Positions 1 to 9,839 of a DNA stretch of 64,000 nucleotides are shown here, piece after piece. Made by a program: the position numbers and the translations under genes. The stretch lies in assembly GCA_019244185.1 (NCBI GenBank), contig JAFATB010000018.1, positions 96,001 to 160,000 on the forward strand, given 5' to 3'. The first letter of the stretch is position 1, and each line of letters begins with the position of its first letter. The notes under the pieces are model-generated. The model did not search any database. It was given only the letters and a program-made list of their open reading frames with translations, and was not told where the DNA came from. This stretch comes from Acidobacteriota bacterium (GTDB taxonomy: Bacteria > Acidobacteriota > Thermoanaerobaculia > Gp7-AA8).

Positions 1-2
1 CC

Positions 3-365
3 TACATCGAAGGCGCCGTCCTCGCCCGCGAGCTGCGCGGCGTGCGCGGCGTCTCCTTCACCCCCATCCGCTTCACGCCCACCGCGAGCACGTTCGCCAA
101 CACGGAATGCGGCGGCCTCCGCATCGCGATCACGAACCGCCGCCAACTCCGCAGCGTGGAGCTCGGCGTCGCCATCGCCTCCGCCCTCGTCCGCCTCTAC
201 CCCTCGCAGTTCGCCGTCGACGAGATCGAGCCGCTCCTCCGCGACAAGGAAACCCTCAACGCCATCCGCGCCGGCAGGACCCTCGACGACATGCGCGTCT
301 TCTGGCGCATCGACGCGTTCCTCGCCCGGCGCGCGAAGTACCTGACGCGTTGGCCGTCGCAGTGA
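3..365 (+). CDS. C-terminal fragment of a DUF1343/NamZ-like exo-beta-N-acetylmuramidase domain protein (5' end outside window)
   Basis: Open frame from window start; GVSFTPIRFTP..STF....CGG.RI.ITNR resembles the C-terminal part of the DUF1343 protein at 28143-29339 (GVRFRPHYFLP...CGGVEL.VTNR). Confidence 0.7.
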   Translation, partial: YIEGAVLARELRGVRGVSFTPIRFTPTASTFANTECGGLRIAITNRRQLRSVELGVAIASALVRLYPSQFAVDEIEPLLRDKETLNAIRAGRTLDDMRVFWRIDAFLARRAKYLTRWPSQ

Positions 366-560
366 CGCCGAGGGATACCGACCGGGAGCGCCTCCGGCGG
401 GCCGGCACGGCCGGCAGCGCTAAGGGCCTAGCCTAGACGCACGTGCGGTCGCGGTTAACGTTGTTGACGGCAGCCGCACGTGCGTACTGGCTAAGCCCTT
501 AGCGCTGCCGGCCGCGCCGGCCCGCCGGAGGCGCTCCTCGTCGGTCTCTCCGGCGCATCA
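363..560. repeat. Long imperfect inverted repeat (arms 363-448 and 474-560) between convergent genes; REP/MITE-like
   Basis: Left arm ...gagcgcctccggcgggccggcacggccggcagcgctaagggcctagcctagacgcacgtgcgg is the near reverse complement of ccgcacgtgcgtactggctaagcccttagcgctgccggccgcgccggcccgccggaggcgctc; one arm recurs at 55911-55980. Confidence 0.85.
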
Positions 561-3551
561 CCGCAGCGCCAAGGCGACAGCGTCCTCGGTCGTGCCGTCC
601 CAGCGCGCGCCGAGGGCTTCGATGTCGGCTTCGACTTGCGAGCGTTCGGCGGGGGGGACGGGGGCGCCGAGTTTGGCGCGGAGTATGGCGGCGGCGCCGA
701 GGAGGCGTGCGTCGCGGCGGAGGCCGCCGAGGGCTTCGAGGACGCTCGCGCTGCGCCAGCGGTCGCCGAGCTCCCAGTGCAGCGTGAGGCTGTCCTGGAG
801 AACCGGGATTGCGCGTTGGGCGGAGCCGCGGGCGCGGAGGACGTAGCCGAGGAGATTGAGCGACCACGCGATGCCCTCGCGGAACCCGCCGGCGCGCGAC
901 CATGACAGGCACTCGTCGAGCCACTGCTCGGAGGTGTCGAGTGCGCCGGAGTAAAGCGATGCGGCGGCGAGATTGAGGAGCGACCAGGCCACGCCTTCGG
1001 TATCGCGGCGTTCGCGGAAGAGTTGCAGCGTCTCCTCGCACAGCTCGAAGGTATGCGCGTAATTGCGATTGAGCCATGACGCGAAGCCGACGTAGTTGAG
1101 CGAGCGGCCCGCGTTCGCGACGTCTTCGAGCTCGAGCCAGATCGTGCGGGAGAGCAAGTGGAGATCGATCGCGTGATCGTACTCGCCGCGTTCGCGGGCG
1201 ATCGAGCCGCGGAACTGCAGCGACTGCGCGAGGCTCATCGGATCGCCGTGGCGTCGTGCGAGCTCGATGCTCGACTCGAGCAGCTCGATGGCGTGGTCGT
1301 AATCGCATTGCAGGAACGCGAGCGCGCCGGCGCCGGTGAGGACTTTCGTACGGATGGGAACGTCGTTGCCGCCGGGAACGCCGAGGGCCGTTTCGAGCGA
1401 GCGGCGTCCCTCGGCGTAATGGCCGCCGAGATACCACGACCACCAGAGTGCGGCGCCGAGGCGGAGGGCGAGCTCCGCGTCGCCGGCGCGTGCGGCCCAA
1501 TCGAGCGCGGTGCGGAAATTGTCGGCGTCCCAGGCGAGGGTGTCCGGTTCCAGCTCGCATTCTTCCGCGATCGACGTCATGAGTTGCGCGTGCGCGCGGC
1601 CGATCTCGCCGGCGCGGTTTTGTTCGCGGAGGAGCTCGAGACCGTAGTCGCGGATCGTCGCGAGCATCGTGAAGCGCGGCTGTTCTTCAGAGGATGCTGG
1701 ATCGCGGCGGAGGAACGACTTCTCGAGCAATGAGGAGATGCCATCGAGGACATCGTCGCCGGCGAGGCGTTCCGCTTCGGCGAGCGTGAAGCCGCCGCGG
1801 AAAACCGAGAGTGTGGTGAAGAGTTGCTTATCGCGTTCGTCGAGCAGGTTGTAGCCCCACGAGATCGCGTTGCGCATCGTCTGCTGGCGTTCGGGCAGAT
1901 CGCGCGCGCCGCCGGAGAGGAGCGACAGGCGATTCTCCACGCGTGCGAGCATCGCTTTCGGCGGCAGCAGCTTCACGCGCGCGGCGGCGAGCTCGATCGC
2001 GAGCGGGAGGCCGTCGAGGCGGACGCAGATCTCCGCGATCGCGCGCGCGTTGTCGGCGTTCAGCACGAAGTCGCTTTTGACCGCGGACGCGCGCTCGACG
2101 AACAGCGCGACTGCCGGGTAGTGCGCGAATGCGTCGGGCTCCATCGGCAGATCGAGCGGCGGCGTCGGTAGCGGCGGCACCGCGTATTCGCGTTCGCCGG
2201 AGATACGCAGCGGCGCGCGGCTCGTCGCAAGCGCTTTCACCCGCGGCGCGCCGGCGAGCAGCGCGGCCACGACCGGCGCGGCATCGAGCACTTGCTCGAA
2301 ATTGTCGAAGACGAACAGCATGCGCTTCTCGCGGATCGCGAAGCGCACCGCGTCGAGCAGCGACGCGCCGCCTTCGGGAAGGCCCAGCGTTTCGGCGATC
2401 TCGGAGAGCACCAGCTGCGGATCGTTGATCGATGAGAGCGGAATCCACCAGACGCCGTCGTCGTAGTCGCGGAGGAGCTCCGCGCCCAACGCGAGGGCGA
2501 GGCGCGTCTTGCCGGTGCCGCCGGGGCCGGTGAGCGTGACGAGGCGGATTTCGTCGCGGCGGAGGAGCGAGAGGACGTCGTCGCGTTCGAGATCGCGGCC
2601 GACGAGCGGCGTGATGCGCAGAGGAAGATTGCTCGGCGGCGGCTCGGTGACGGTCACCGATTCCGTGGTTGCGAGGCGCGACTCGCTCGAGCCGCGGACG
2701 CGCGCCGCGTCGCGTGCGAGCTCGGCGCGGAGGCGTTGCAGATCGTCGAGCAGCTCGCTCGCGCTTTGGTAGCGGCGCGCGCGGTCCTTCGTCATCGCCT
2801 TGTCGACGATCGCGGCGAGGCGCGGTGCGGCGGGGAGATTGTCGTGGCGCGTGAGCGGCGGCGGCTGATTGCGCAGGATCGCGGCGGCGACGTCGGAGGT
2901 GCTGTCACCTTCGAACGGAAGGCGTCCGCTGATCAGCTCGTACATCACGACGCCGGTGCTCCAGATGTCGCTGCGCGAGTCGAGCGGCAGGCCGCGCAGC
3001 TGCTCGGGCGACATGTAGAACACCGTGCCGCGCACGACGTACGGATCCGTCTTCGAGACGCCCGGCTCCGGCTCCGCGTTCGTGCGCGCGAGGCCGAAGT
3101 CGAGCAGCTTCACGTAGCCGTCGCCGCGCAGCATGATGTTGTCCGGCTTGATGTCGCGGTGCACGAGGCCGACCGCTTCCGCCGCGGTGATCGCGGAGGC
3201 GATCTGCATGGCCAGATCGAGCACCTCGTCGATGGTCGGCTCCGCGCGCAGCAGCCGCTGGCGCAGCGTGATGCCGTCGACGTACTCGGTGGCGATGAAA
3301 TGGTCCTCGCCGAACGTGCCGACGTCGTAGACCGTGAGGATGTTCGGGTGATTGAGTGCGGACGCGGCGCGCGCCTCGTACTCGAGCCGCTTGCGCAGTT
3401 CCTCGTCGTGGCGGATCTCGCCGGCGAGGACTTTCAGCGCGACGGGCCGCTGCAGCTGCGCGTCGTGCGCGAGGTAGACCTCGCCCATCCCCCCCGCGCC
3501 GATAAGCGAGCGGATCTCGTAGCGGCCGTGACGGGAGCCCGGGAGAAGCAT
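558..3551 (-). CDS. Ser/Thr protein kinase fused to NB-ARC/STAND-type ATPase and TPR repeats
   Basis: GAGGMG, VALK, HRDIKPDN, DFG, SPE kinase motifs; Walker A GPGGTGKT, FVFDNFEQV, LDGLPLAIELAA; helical repeat C-terminus. Confidence 0.9.
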   Translation of the reverse strand: MLLPGSRHGRYEIRSLIGAGGMGEVYLAHDAQLQRPVALKVLAGEIRHDEELRKRLEYEARAASALNHPNILTVYDVGTFGEDHFIATEYVDGITLRQRLLRAEPTIDEVLDLAMQIASAITAAEAVGLVHRDIKPDNIMLRGDGYVKLLDFGLARTNAEPEPGVSKTDPYVVRGTVFYMSPEQLRGLPLDSRSDIWSTGVVMYELISGRLPFEGDSTSDVAAAILRNQPPPLTRHDNLPAAPRLAAIVDKAMTKDRARRYQSASELLDDLQRLRAELARDAARVRGSSESRLATTESVTVTEPPPSNLPLRITPLVGRDLERDDVLSLLRRDEIRLVTLTGPGGTGKTRLALALGAELLRDYDDGVWWIPLSSINDPQLVLSEIAETLGLPEGGASLLDAVRFAIREKRMLFVFDNFEQVLDAAPVVAALLAGAPRVKALATSRAPLRISGEREYAVPPLPTPPLDLPMEPDAFAHYPAVALFVERASAVKSDFVLNADNARAIAEICVRLDGLPLAIELAAARVKLLPPKAMLARVENRLSLLSGGARDLPERQQTMRNAISWGYNLLDERDKQLFTTLSVFRGGFTLAEAERLAGDDVLDGISSLLEKSFLRRDPASSEEQPRFTMLATIRDYGLELLREQNRAGEIGRAHAQLMTSIAEECELEPDTLAWDADNFRTALDWAARAGDAELALRLGAALWWSWYLGGHYAEGRRSLETALGVPGGNDVPIRTKVLTGAGALAFLQCDYDHAIELLESSIELARRHGDPMSLAQSLQFRGSIARERGEYDHAIDLHLLSRTIWLELEDVANAGRSLNYVGFASWLNRNYAHTFELCEETLQLFRERRDTEGVAWSLLNLAAASLYSGALDTSEQWLDECLSWSRAGGFREGIAWSLNLLGYVLRARGSAQRAIPVLQDSLTLHWELGDRWRSASVLEALGGLRRDARLLGAAAILRAKLGAPVPPAERSQVEADIEALGARWDGTTEDAVALALR

Positions 3552-3622
3552 GGATCGGACGAATTGTATGCTGCGGACCCGACACGACCGGCCGCGTGGG
3601 CGTATCCTTCTCTCCGTCCAAA

Positions 3623-5191
3623 ATGAATGCGCAACGCGGCGTTCCGATCCTGCTGGCGTTCTCGCTCGCCTTCCCGCTCGCGGCGCAGAACCGCGCGGTC
3701 GATGTGCTGCACTACCGCATCGAGCTCGCGATTCCGCAGAGCGTCGATGCGATCGACGGCAGCGCGGAGCTGACGGTGAGGCCGGTCGCAGCGCCGCTCG
3801 CGTCGCTCGTGCTCGACTTCGCGGGGCTCACGGTGGACGGCGTGACGGTCGACGACGCGGCGGCGACGTTCACGCGCGACGGCGCGAAGCTCTCCATCGC
3901 GCTGCCGCGGCCCGCGTCTGCGGTCTTCCGCGCGCGCATCCGCTATCACGGCAAACCGGCGGACGGCCTCTTTCTCCAGCGCAACAAGTACGGCGACGCG
4001 GGCGTCTTCGCCGACAACTGGCCGAACCGCGCGCACTTCTGGTTTCCGGCCGTCGATCATCCGTCGGACAAAGCGAGCGTCGAGTTCATCGTCACCGCGC
4101 CGGACCGCTTCGACGTCATCGCCAACGGCACGCGCGTCGAGTCGACCAGCCTGCAGAACGGCTTCAAGCGCACGCACTGGAGCGAGGCCACGCCCATTCC
4201 CGTGCACTGCATGGTCTTCGGCGCCGCGGAGTTCTCCGTCCTGCGCGCCGGCGCGTACGGCGGCACCGAGATCTCGTATTACCTCTACCCGCGCGACCGC
4301 GACCTCGGCGCGCGCGGACTCGGGCGCACGCCGCAGATGGTCAACGTCTTTACCGATCTGATCGGACCGTTCCCGTACGACAAGCTCGCGCTCGTCGAGT
4401 CGTCCACGCGCTTCGGCGGGATGGAGAACGCGACCGCGATCTTTCTGAACGAGAAGCGCGTCGGCGAGAAGCCGTCGATGGAGGCGGTCGTCGCGCACGA
4501 GATCGCGCACCAGTGGTTCGGCGACGCGCTGTCGCAGACCGACTGGCACGACCTCTGGCTCAGCGAAGGCTTCGCGACGTACTTCGGCACCGTCTTCTTC
4601 GAGCGCGCGGACGGCGTGGGCGCGTTCCGCCGCGTCATGCGCGAGCGCTTCGCCGAATACCTCGAGTCGAACGGCGAGGACGCGCGGCCGGTCTTCGATC
4701 CGTCCATCGTCGACCTCCCGTCGCTGCTCAACAAACGCAACTACAACAAGGGCGCGTGGGTGCTGCACATGCTGCGCGGCGTCATGGGCGACGCCGCGTT
4801 TTTCGACGGCATCCGCGACTACTACGCCGCGTACCGCAACGGCAACGTCTCCACCGCCGACTTCCGCACCATCATGGAGCGCCACGCCGGCCAGCCGCTC
4901 GACTGGTTCTTCCGCGAATGGATCTTCGAGCCCGGACATCCCGTCTTCTCGCTCGCGTGGACGTGGGACGAGAAGCGCGCGAAAGTGGCCGTGACGATCG
5001 AGCAGCGCCAGACCACGCCCACGACGTTCCGCATGCCGCTCACGCTCGAGATGCGCGGCGACGGCTTCCGCAGCCGCGAGATCGTCACCGTCGGCGGCCG
5101 CAGCGAGCAGTTCGAGCTCGACAGCCCGCAGCGTCCGGACGAAGTGGTCGTCGATCCCGACGAGATGGTGATGAAAGAAGTGCTGCGCTGA
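3623..5191 (+). CDS. Secreted M1-family aminopeptidase
   Basis: Signal peptide ending LAA-Q; GGMEN and HEIAHQW...WLSEGFA zinc motifs; YNKG. Confidence 0.9.
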   Translation: MNAQRGVPILLAFSLAFPLAAQNRAVDVLHYRIELAIPQSVDAIDGSAELTVRPVAAPLASLVLDFAGLTVDGVTVDDAAATFTRDGAKLSIALPRPASAVFRARIRYHGKPADGLFLQRNKYGDAGVFADNWPNRAHFWFPAVDHPSDKASVEFIVTAPDRFDVIANGTRVESTSLQNGFKRTHWSEATPIPVHCMVFGAAEFSVLRAGAYGGTEISYYLYPRDRDLGARGLGRTPQMVNVFTDLIGPFPYDKLALVESSTRFGGMENATAIFLNEKRVGEKPSMEAVVAHEIAHQWFGDALSQTDWHDLWLSEGFATYFGTVFFERADGVGAFRRVMRERFAEYLESNGEDARPVFDPSIVDLPSLLNKRNYNKGAWVLHMLRGVMGDAAFFDGIRDYYAAYRNGNVSTADFRTIMERHAGQPLDWFFREWIFEPGHPVFSLAWTWDEKRAKVAVTIEQRQTTPTTFRMPLTLEMRGDGFRSREIVTVGGRSEQFELDSPQRPDEVVVDPDEMVMKEVLR

Positions 5192-5193
5192 CC

Positions 5194-5243
5194 TTGACGA
5201 ACCGGCCGTCGTGGCTTACTGTATTAATCACTTAGTACAGTAA
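5194..5243 (+). promoter_or_regulatory. Sigma70-type promoter overlapped by a palindromic GntR (YtrA-type) operator
   Basis: TTGACG (5194-5199), 17 bp spacer, TACTGT (5217-5222); inverted repeat TTACTGTATTAA-tcac-TTAGTACAGTAA at 5216-5243 (one mismatch). Confidence 0.8.
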
Positions 5244-5255
5244 GGCAACGAGGCC

Positions 5256-5651
5256 ATGTTCGATATCCATCCCGCCAGCGCCGTTCCGATCTGGCGCCAG
5301 ATCGAAGAGGGAATGCGGCGCATGATCTCCCTCGGCACGCTGCGGCCGGGAGCCGCCGTCCCTTCCGTACGCGATCTCGCGCGCGACTTGAGCGTCAACC
5401 CCAACACCGTCGCTCGCGCGTACCAGCGCCTCTCCGACGCCGGCGTCTTCGTCGTGCGGAGAGGCGAGGGGACGTTCGTTGCCGACGCGCCCGCGCAACT
5501 GCGCAAGGCGCAGCGCAACGAGAAGCTGCGCGACTCCGCGACCAGCTACGCCGGCACCGCGCTCGCCGTGGGCGCCTCGCTCGAGGACGCCGCGGCCGAG
5601 CTCGAGAACGCATACGAACGCCTCACCCGCGAGCACAGGAGCAAAGCATGA
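5256..5651 (+). CDS. GntR-family (YtrA-like) transcriptional regulator
   Basis: PIWRQI...LRPG..VPSVRDLARDLSVNPNTVARAY...RRGEGTFV; short C-domain; heads an ABC operon. Confidence 0.92.
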   Translation: MFDIHPASAVPIWRQIEEGMRRMISLGTLRPGAAVPSVRDLARDLSVNPNTVARAYQRLSDAGVFVVRRGEGTFVADAPAQLRKAQRNEKLRDSATSYAGTALAVGASLEDAAAELENAYERLTREHRSKA

Positions 5652-6538
5652 GCGACGCCCGGCCCGACATCGAGCTCTCGCACGTCGGCATCCGCTATGG
5701 CCGCCGCGTGGCCGTCGACGACATCAACCTGCGCGTTGCGCGCGGCAGCGTCTACGCGCTCCTCGGCCGCAACGGCGCCGGCAAGTCCTCGCTCGTCCGC
5801 GCGCTGCTCGGACAGCTGCAGCCGCAGCACGGCAGCATCGCGCTCTTCGGCGAAGACGTCTGGCGCCGCCGCGCGCAGCTGATGGAGCGCGTCGGCGTCG
5901 TCGCGGAAGAAACCGACGCGCCGCCGGAGATGCGCGTGCGCGACCTCGGCCGCTTCTGCGCGAAGTTGTACGCGCGCTGGGACGCGGCCGCGTACGACGC
6001 GCGCATCGCGCGGTTCGAGATCGAGCCGCTCGCGCGCTACGGCGAGCTGTCGAAAGGCCAGCGCAAGCAGGTGTCGCTCGCGCTCGCGCTGGCGTCGTCG
6101 CCGCAGCTGCTCGTCCTCGACGATCCGACCCTCGGTCTCGACGTCGTCGCGCGCAAGGCGCTCTTCGATGAAGTCATCGTCGATCTCGCCGACCGCGGCA
6201 TCACGGTCTTCATCGCCACGCACGATCTCGCCGCGACGGAGTCGATCGCCGACCGCGTCGGCATCCTCCGCGGCGGACGGCTCGTGCTCGACGAGGAAGT
6301 GGAGACGCTGAAGGCGCGCTTCCGCCGCATCCGCGTCGCGGACCCGCCGGCCGCGCTGGCGCACGCGAACCTCCGCACGACGGCGGTGCGGCAGTGGGGC
6401 GGCGGCACGGAGGCGGTCGTCTCGAACTACGACGACCTCGCGCTGGCGAAGCTCGGGAACGTCGCCGAGGCGGCGGCGATGTCGCTGGAAGACATCTTCA
6501 TCGCGGTGGCCGGTGAGGCCGAGGGAGGGCAGTCATGA
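5648..6538 (+). CDS. ABC transporter ATP-binding protein (YtrB-like)
   Basis: GRNGAGKS, LSKGQ signature, LVLDDPTLGLD, H-loop ATHD; ATGA overlap with gntR. Confidence 0.92.
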   Translation: MSDARPDIELSHVGIRYGRRVAVDDINLRVARGSVYALLGRNGAGKSSLVRALLGQLQPQHGSIALFGEDVWRRRAQLMERVGVVAEETDAPPEMRVRDLGRFCAKLYARWDAAAYDARIARFEIEPLARYGELSKGQRKQVSLALALASSPQLLVLDDPTLGLDVVARKALFDEVIVDLADRGITVFIATHDLAATESIADRVGILRGGRLVLDEEVETLKARFRRIRVADPPAALAHANLRTTAVRQWGGGTEAVVSNYDDLALAKLGNVAEAAAMSLEDIFIAVAGEAEGGQS

Positions 6539-8394
6539 CGGCAGTCGTCATTGCGGCGCGCGAGCTGCGCGCGCGGACGCGGTTCTTTCTGCTTTGCTCG
6601 GCGTTCGCGGTGCTGCCGTTCCTCGCGGCGCTTCTTTCCGCGGCGCGCGGCGATGCCTCGACGGTCATCGCGATGATCGGCGGCTCGCTGGCGCTGGTGA
6701 TGGCGTTCGGAAGCGCGGTGACCCTCGGCGCGAATGCGGTCGGACACGAGCTCGGCGAGCGGCGGCTGTCGTTCTACTTCGCGCGGCCGATCTCGCCCGC
6801 GGCATTGTGGGCCGGCAAAGCGTGCGCGTCGGCCGCGGTGTTTCTCGGCGCGTTCGCGATCATCGCCGTGCCGGCCATGCTCGGCGCGTGGGACGTCTGG
6901 TTCAACGTGTGGCCCGTGCCGTTTCTCGTGAAGGCGTGCGCGATCGTCATCGTCACCTTCCTGCTCGCGCACGCGCTCGGCACGATGATCCGCTCGCGTT
7001 CCGCGCTCATCGCGCTCGACTTTCTCCTCGCCGTCGTCGTCCTCGGCATCGGCGCGGCCGCGCTCTATCCGCTGCTGGTTGCGCACGCGGTTCAGGATGC
7101 GGGAGCGATCGCGGTCGCATGCGCCATCGGCATCATCGTGATCCTCGCGGTCGCGCCGGTGTGGCAGCTCGCGAACGGCCGCACCGACGCGCGCCGCAAC
7201 CACGTCGCGTTCGCGCGCGCGTTCTGGCCCCCGCTCTTCGTGCTGGTGCTCGCCGCGGCGGCGTATGCGTGGTGGATCGTGTCGGCGTCGCCGCTCGACT
7301 TCACGCGCGTGGCGCTGCTCGACATGTCGCCGACGGGGGAGTGGATGCTCGCCACCGGCGTCGCGCCGGGACGCGGCGACTATCAGCCGACGTTGATTGC
7401 GAACGTCCGCGACGGGCGCTTCCGCCGGCTCGCGGCGCCGCCGTACTACGGCATCGCGTACGCGCGCGACGGCCAGACGATGGCGTGGATGCAGCCTTCC
7501 GGGCCGTCCTTCGATGCGCCGCGCGAGCTCTTCGTCCTGCATCTCGCCGACCGGCGCGCGCGGCCGCTTGCGACCGGCATCCGCGTCGACGGCGTGCCGC
7601 ACTTCACGCTGTCGGATGACGGCACGCGCGTCGCGATCGCCGACGCGCGCACGCTCGCGGTGCACGACCTCGCGGCGGCGCGCCTGGTCGCGTCGGTGCC
7701 GGTGAGCACGTTCACCACGACGAGCCTCTTCTTCGCGACGCCGGACGTCGTGCGTCTCGTCGGCGTCGACGTCGGAGGCACGGCCGGGTTGCGCGTCAGC
7801 GAGCTCGATCTGCGCACGCGCGAGCTGCGCACGACGGGCGAGCTGCACGCGCCGGTGGCGCCGGGCATTCGCGCCTCGTCCGATGGCTCGCGCCTTCTCG
7901 TGAACACGCCGCTGCGTGTCCTCGACGGTCGCACCGCGGCGGTCGTCGCCGATCCGCGCATCACCGCGGCGCAGTACTCGCGCGCGATGCTCGCGGACGG
8001 CTCGTTCGTCGTCGTCACCGGCGCCGCGAAGAACGCGCGCCTCTCGACGTTCGACGCGAACGGCGCTCCCGGCGTCGAAGTCGTGCTGCCGGGCGTTGTG
8101 CGCGCGGGCGTGTCCGCCGAACTGCCGGCGCATCGGCTCGTGCTCACCAGCTACACGCCGGGACAATTCGCGGCGACCGGCAAAGGCACGCGCGTCTTCG
8201 TCGTCGACTTGCAGCGCGGCGTCATCGAGCACGTCATCGACGGCGTGCGTTGTCCGATCGGCTCGGAGTGGAACGGCGCCGATCCGCGCGCGCGCATCGT
8301 GCCGGCGGGCATGCCGCTGCCGGCCGTCGATGAAGCGGGGAAGCTGATCCTCGTCGATCCCGCGACCGGCGCGCGGCGCGCGTTTCCGTCGTAG
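6535..8394 (+). CDS. ABC-2-type permease with C-terminal soluble beta-propeller-like domain
   Basis: Multiple TM segments with FYFARPIS...LWAGK; then SPTG/ARDG/SDDG/SSDG repeats; ATGA coupling. Confidence 0.7.
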   Translation: MTAVVIAARELRARTRFFLLCSAFAVLPFLAALLSAARGDASTVIAMIGGSLALVMAFGSAVTLGANAVGHELGERRLSFYFARPISPAALWAGKACASAAVFLGAFAIIAVPAMLGAWDVWFNVWPVPFLVKACAIVIVTFLLAHALGTMIRSRSALIALDFLLAVVVLGIGAAALYPLLVAHAVQDAGAIAVACAIGIIVILAVAPVWQLANGRTDARRNHVAFARAFWPPLFVLVLAAAAYAWWIVSASPLDFTRVALLDMSPTGEWMLATGVAPGRGDYQPTLIANVRDGRFRRLAAPPYYGIAYARDGQTMAWMQPSGPSFDAPRELFVLHLADRRARPLATGIRVDGVPHFTLSDDGTRVAIADARTLAVHDLAAARLVASVPVSTFTTTSLFFATPDVVRLVGVDVGGTAGLRVSELDLRTRELRTTGELHAPVAPGIRASSDGSRLLVNTPLRVLDGRTAAVVADPRITAAQYSRAMLADGSFVVVTGAAKNARLSTFDANGAPGVEVVLPGVVRAGVSAELPAHRLVLTSYTPGQFAATGKGTRVFVVDLQRGVIEHVIDGVRCPIGSEWNGADPRARIVPAGMPLPAVDEAGKLILVDPATGARRAFPS

Positions 8395-8417
8395 AAAAGA
8401 AAAAGGCCGGATGTAAA

Positions 8418-8444
8418 AAAAGGCCGGACAGCGTCCGGCCTTTT
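8418..8444. terminator. Bidirectional intrinsic terminator between the permease and rplT
   Basis: aaaaggccggac-agc-gtccggcctttt with A/T tracts on both sides. Confidence 0.8.
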
Positions 8445-8470
8445 CGCATCGCGTGCTGCTGCGATTCGCG

Positions 8471-8842
8471 TTACGCGTTCTTCGGCGTTGCCAGTCCGGC
8501 GCGCGCGGCGTCGACGAGCGCGGTGAAGCCCGCGGCGTCATGGACGGCCATGTCGGCCAGCACCTTGCGGTCGAGCGTGTTGCCCGCGGCCTTCAGGCCG
8601 GCGATGAACTGCGAGTAGGACATGCCGTTCTGGCGCGCGGCCGCGTTGATGCGGGCGATCCAGAGCTTCCGGAAATCTCCCTTGCGATCCTTGCGGCCGG
8701 TGAAGGCGGAGTTGAGCGCCTTGTCGACGGCCTGCTGCGCGATGCGGTGTCCGCGCGACCTCATCCCGTAGAAGCCCTTGGCGAGCTTCAGGACTTTTGC
8801 GCGGCGGTTCTTTCTCTTTGGACCTCGTTTGACTCTCGGCAT
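8471..8842 (-). CDS. rplT: 50S ribosomal protein L20
   Basis: MPRVKRG...KVLKLAKGF...[14 protein letters not shown]...YSQFI..LK...LDRKVLA. Confidence 0.98.
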   Translation of the reverse strand: MPRVKRGPKRKNRRAKVLKLAKGFYGMRSRGHRIAQQAVDKALNSAFTGRKDRKGDFRKLWIARINAAARQNGMSYSQFIAGLKAAGNTLDRKVLADMAVHDAAGFTALVDAARAGLATPKNA

Positions 8843-8926
8843 TGCGTTCTCCCTGTTTCCTTTCGTTTCGAGCGGCCGGGTCAGGAGGGTGAGTTACCCG
8901 GCGCGCTCCGTTGACTGCATCCGTAC

Positions 8927-9124
8927 TTAGTCGTACGGAAGCATGCGCTTCACGGTCTTCGCATTCGCGGGCGAGACTTCGACTTCGCCGGCGAGCTTCG
9001 ACTTCCGGCCCGGCGACTTCTTGGTCAGGATGTGCGAATGGAAGGCGTGGTTGCGCTGGAGCTTGCCGCTGCCGGTCTTCTTGAACCGTTTCGCGGCCCC
9101 ACGATGCGTCTTCATCTTAGGCAT
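8927..9124 (-). CDS. rpmI: 50S ribosomal protein L35
   Basis: [21 protein letters not shown]...HILTKKS; start moved to ATG at 9124. Confidence 0.98.
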   Translation of the reverse strand: MPKMKTHRGAAKRFKKTGSGKLQRNHAFHSHILTKKSPGRKSKLAGEVEVSPANAKTVKRMLPYD

Positions 9125-9211
9125 AGCTGTCCCCTTAAAGCCTCGCTGGTAACGGAGCGGGCCGCGGGTTGATTCCCGCGGCGCGTTCAACGGTTCGTCT
9201 GCGATGCGGCG

Positions 9212-9766
<555 letters not shown>

Positions 9767-9805
9767 CTGGGCTTCCTCCTGAAATATGGTTGTTCTGAAC
9801 GGCGC

Positions 9806-9835
9806 AATCTACGGATAAAGGCGCCACAAAGTCAA
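9806..9835 (-). promoter_or_regulatory. Probable promoter for infC-rpmI-rplT
   Basis: TTGACT, 18 bp spacer, TAGATT on the minus strand just after the thrS stop. Confidence 0.6.
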
Positions 9836-9839
9836 CGCG

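Noticed and set aside
8395-8417. Extra aaaaggccgga copy next to the terminator
   Set aside because: Single 11-bp duplication of one hairpin arm; no evidence of function.
9125-9211. Possible L20 autoregulatory leader between infC and rpmI
   Set aside because: A GC hairpin is present (gccgcggg/cccgcggc) but I cannot match it to a known L20-leader structure by eye.
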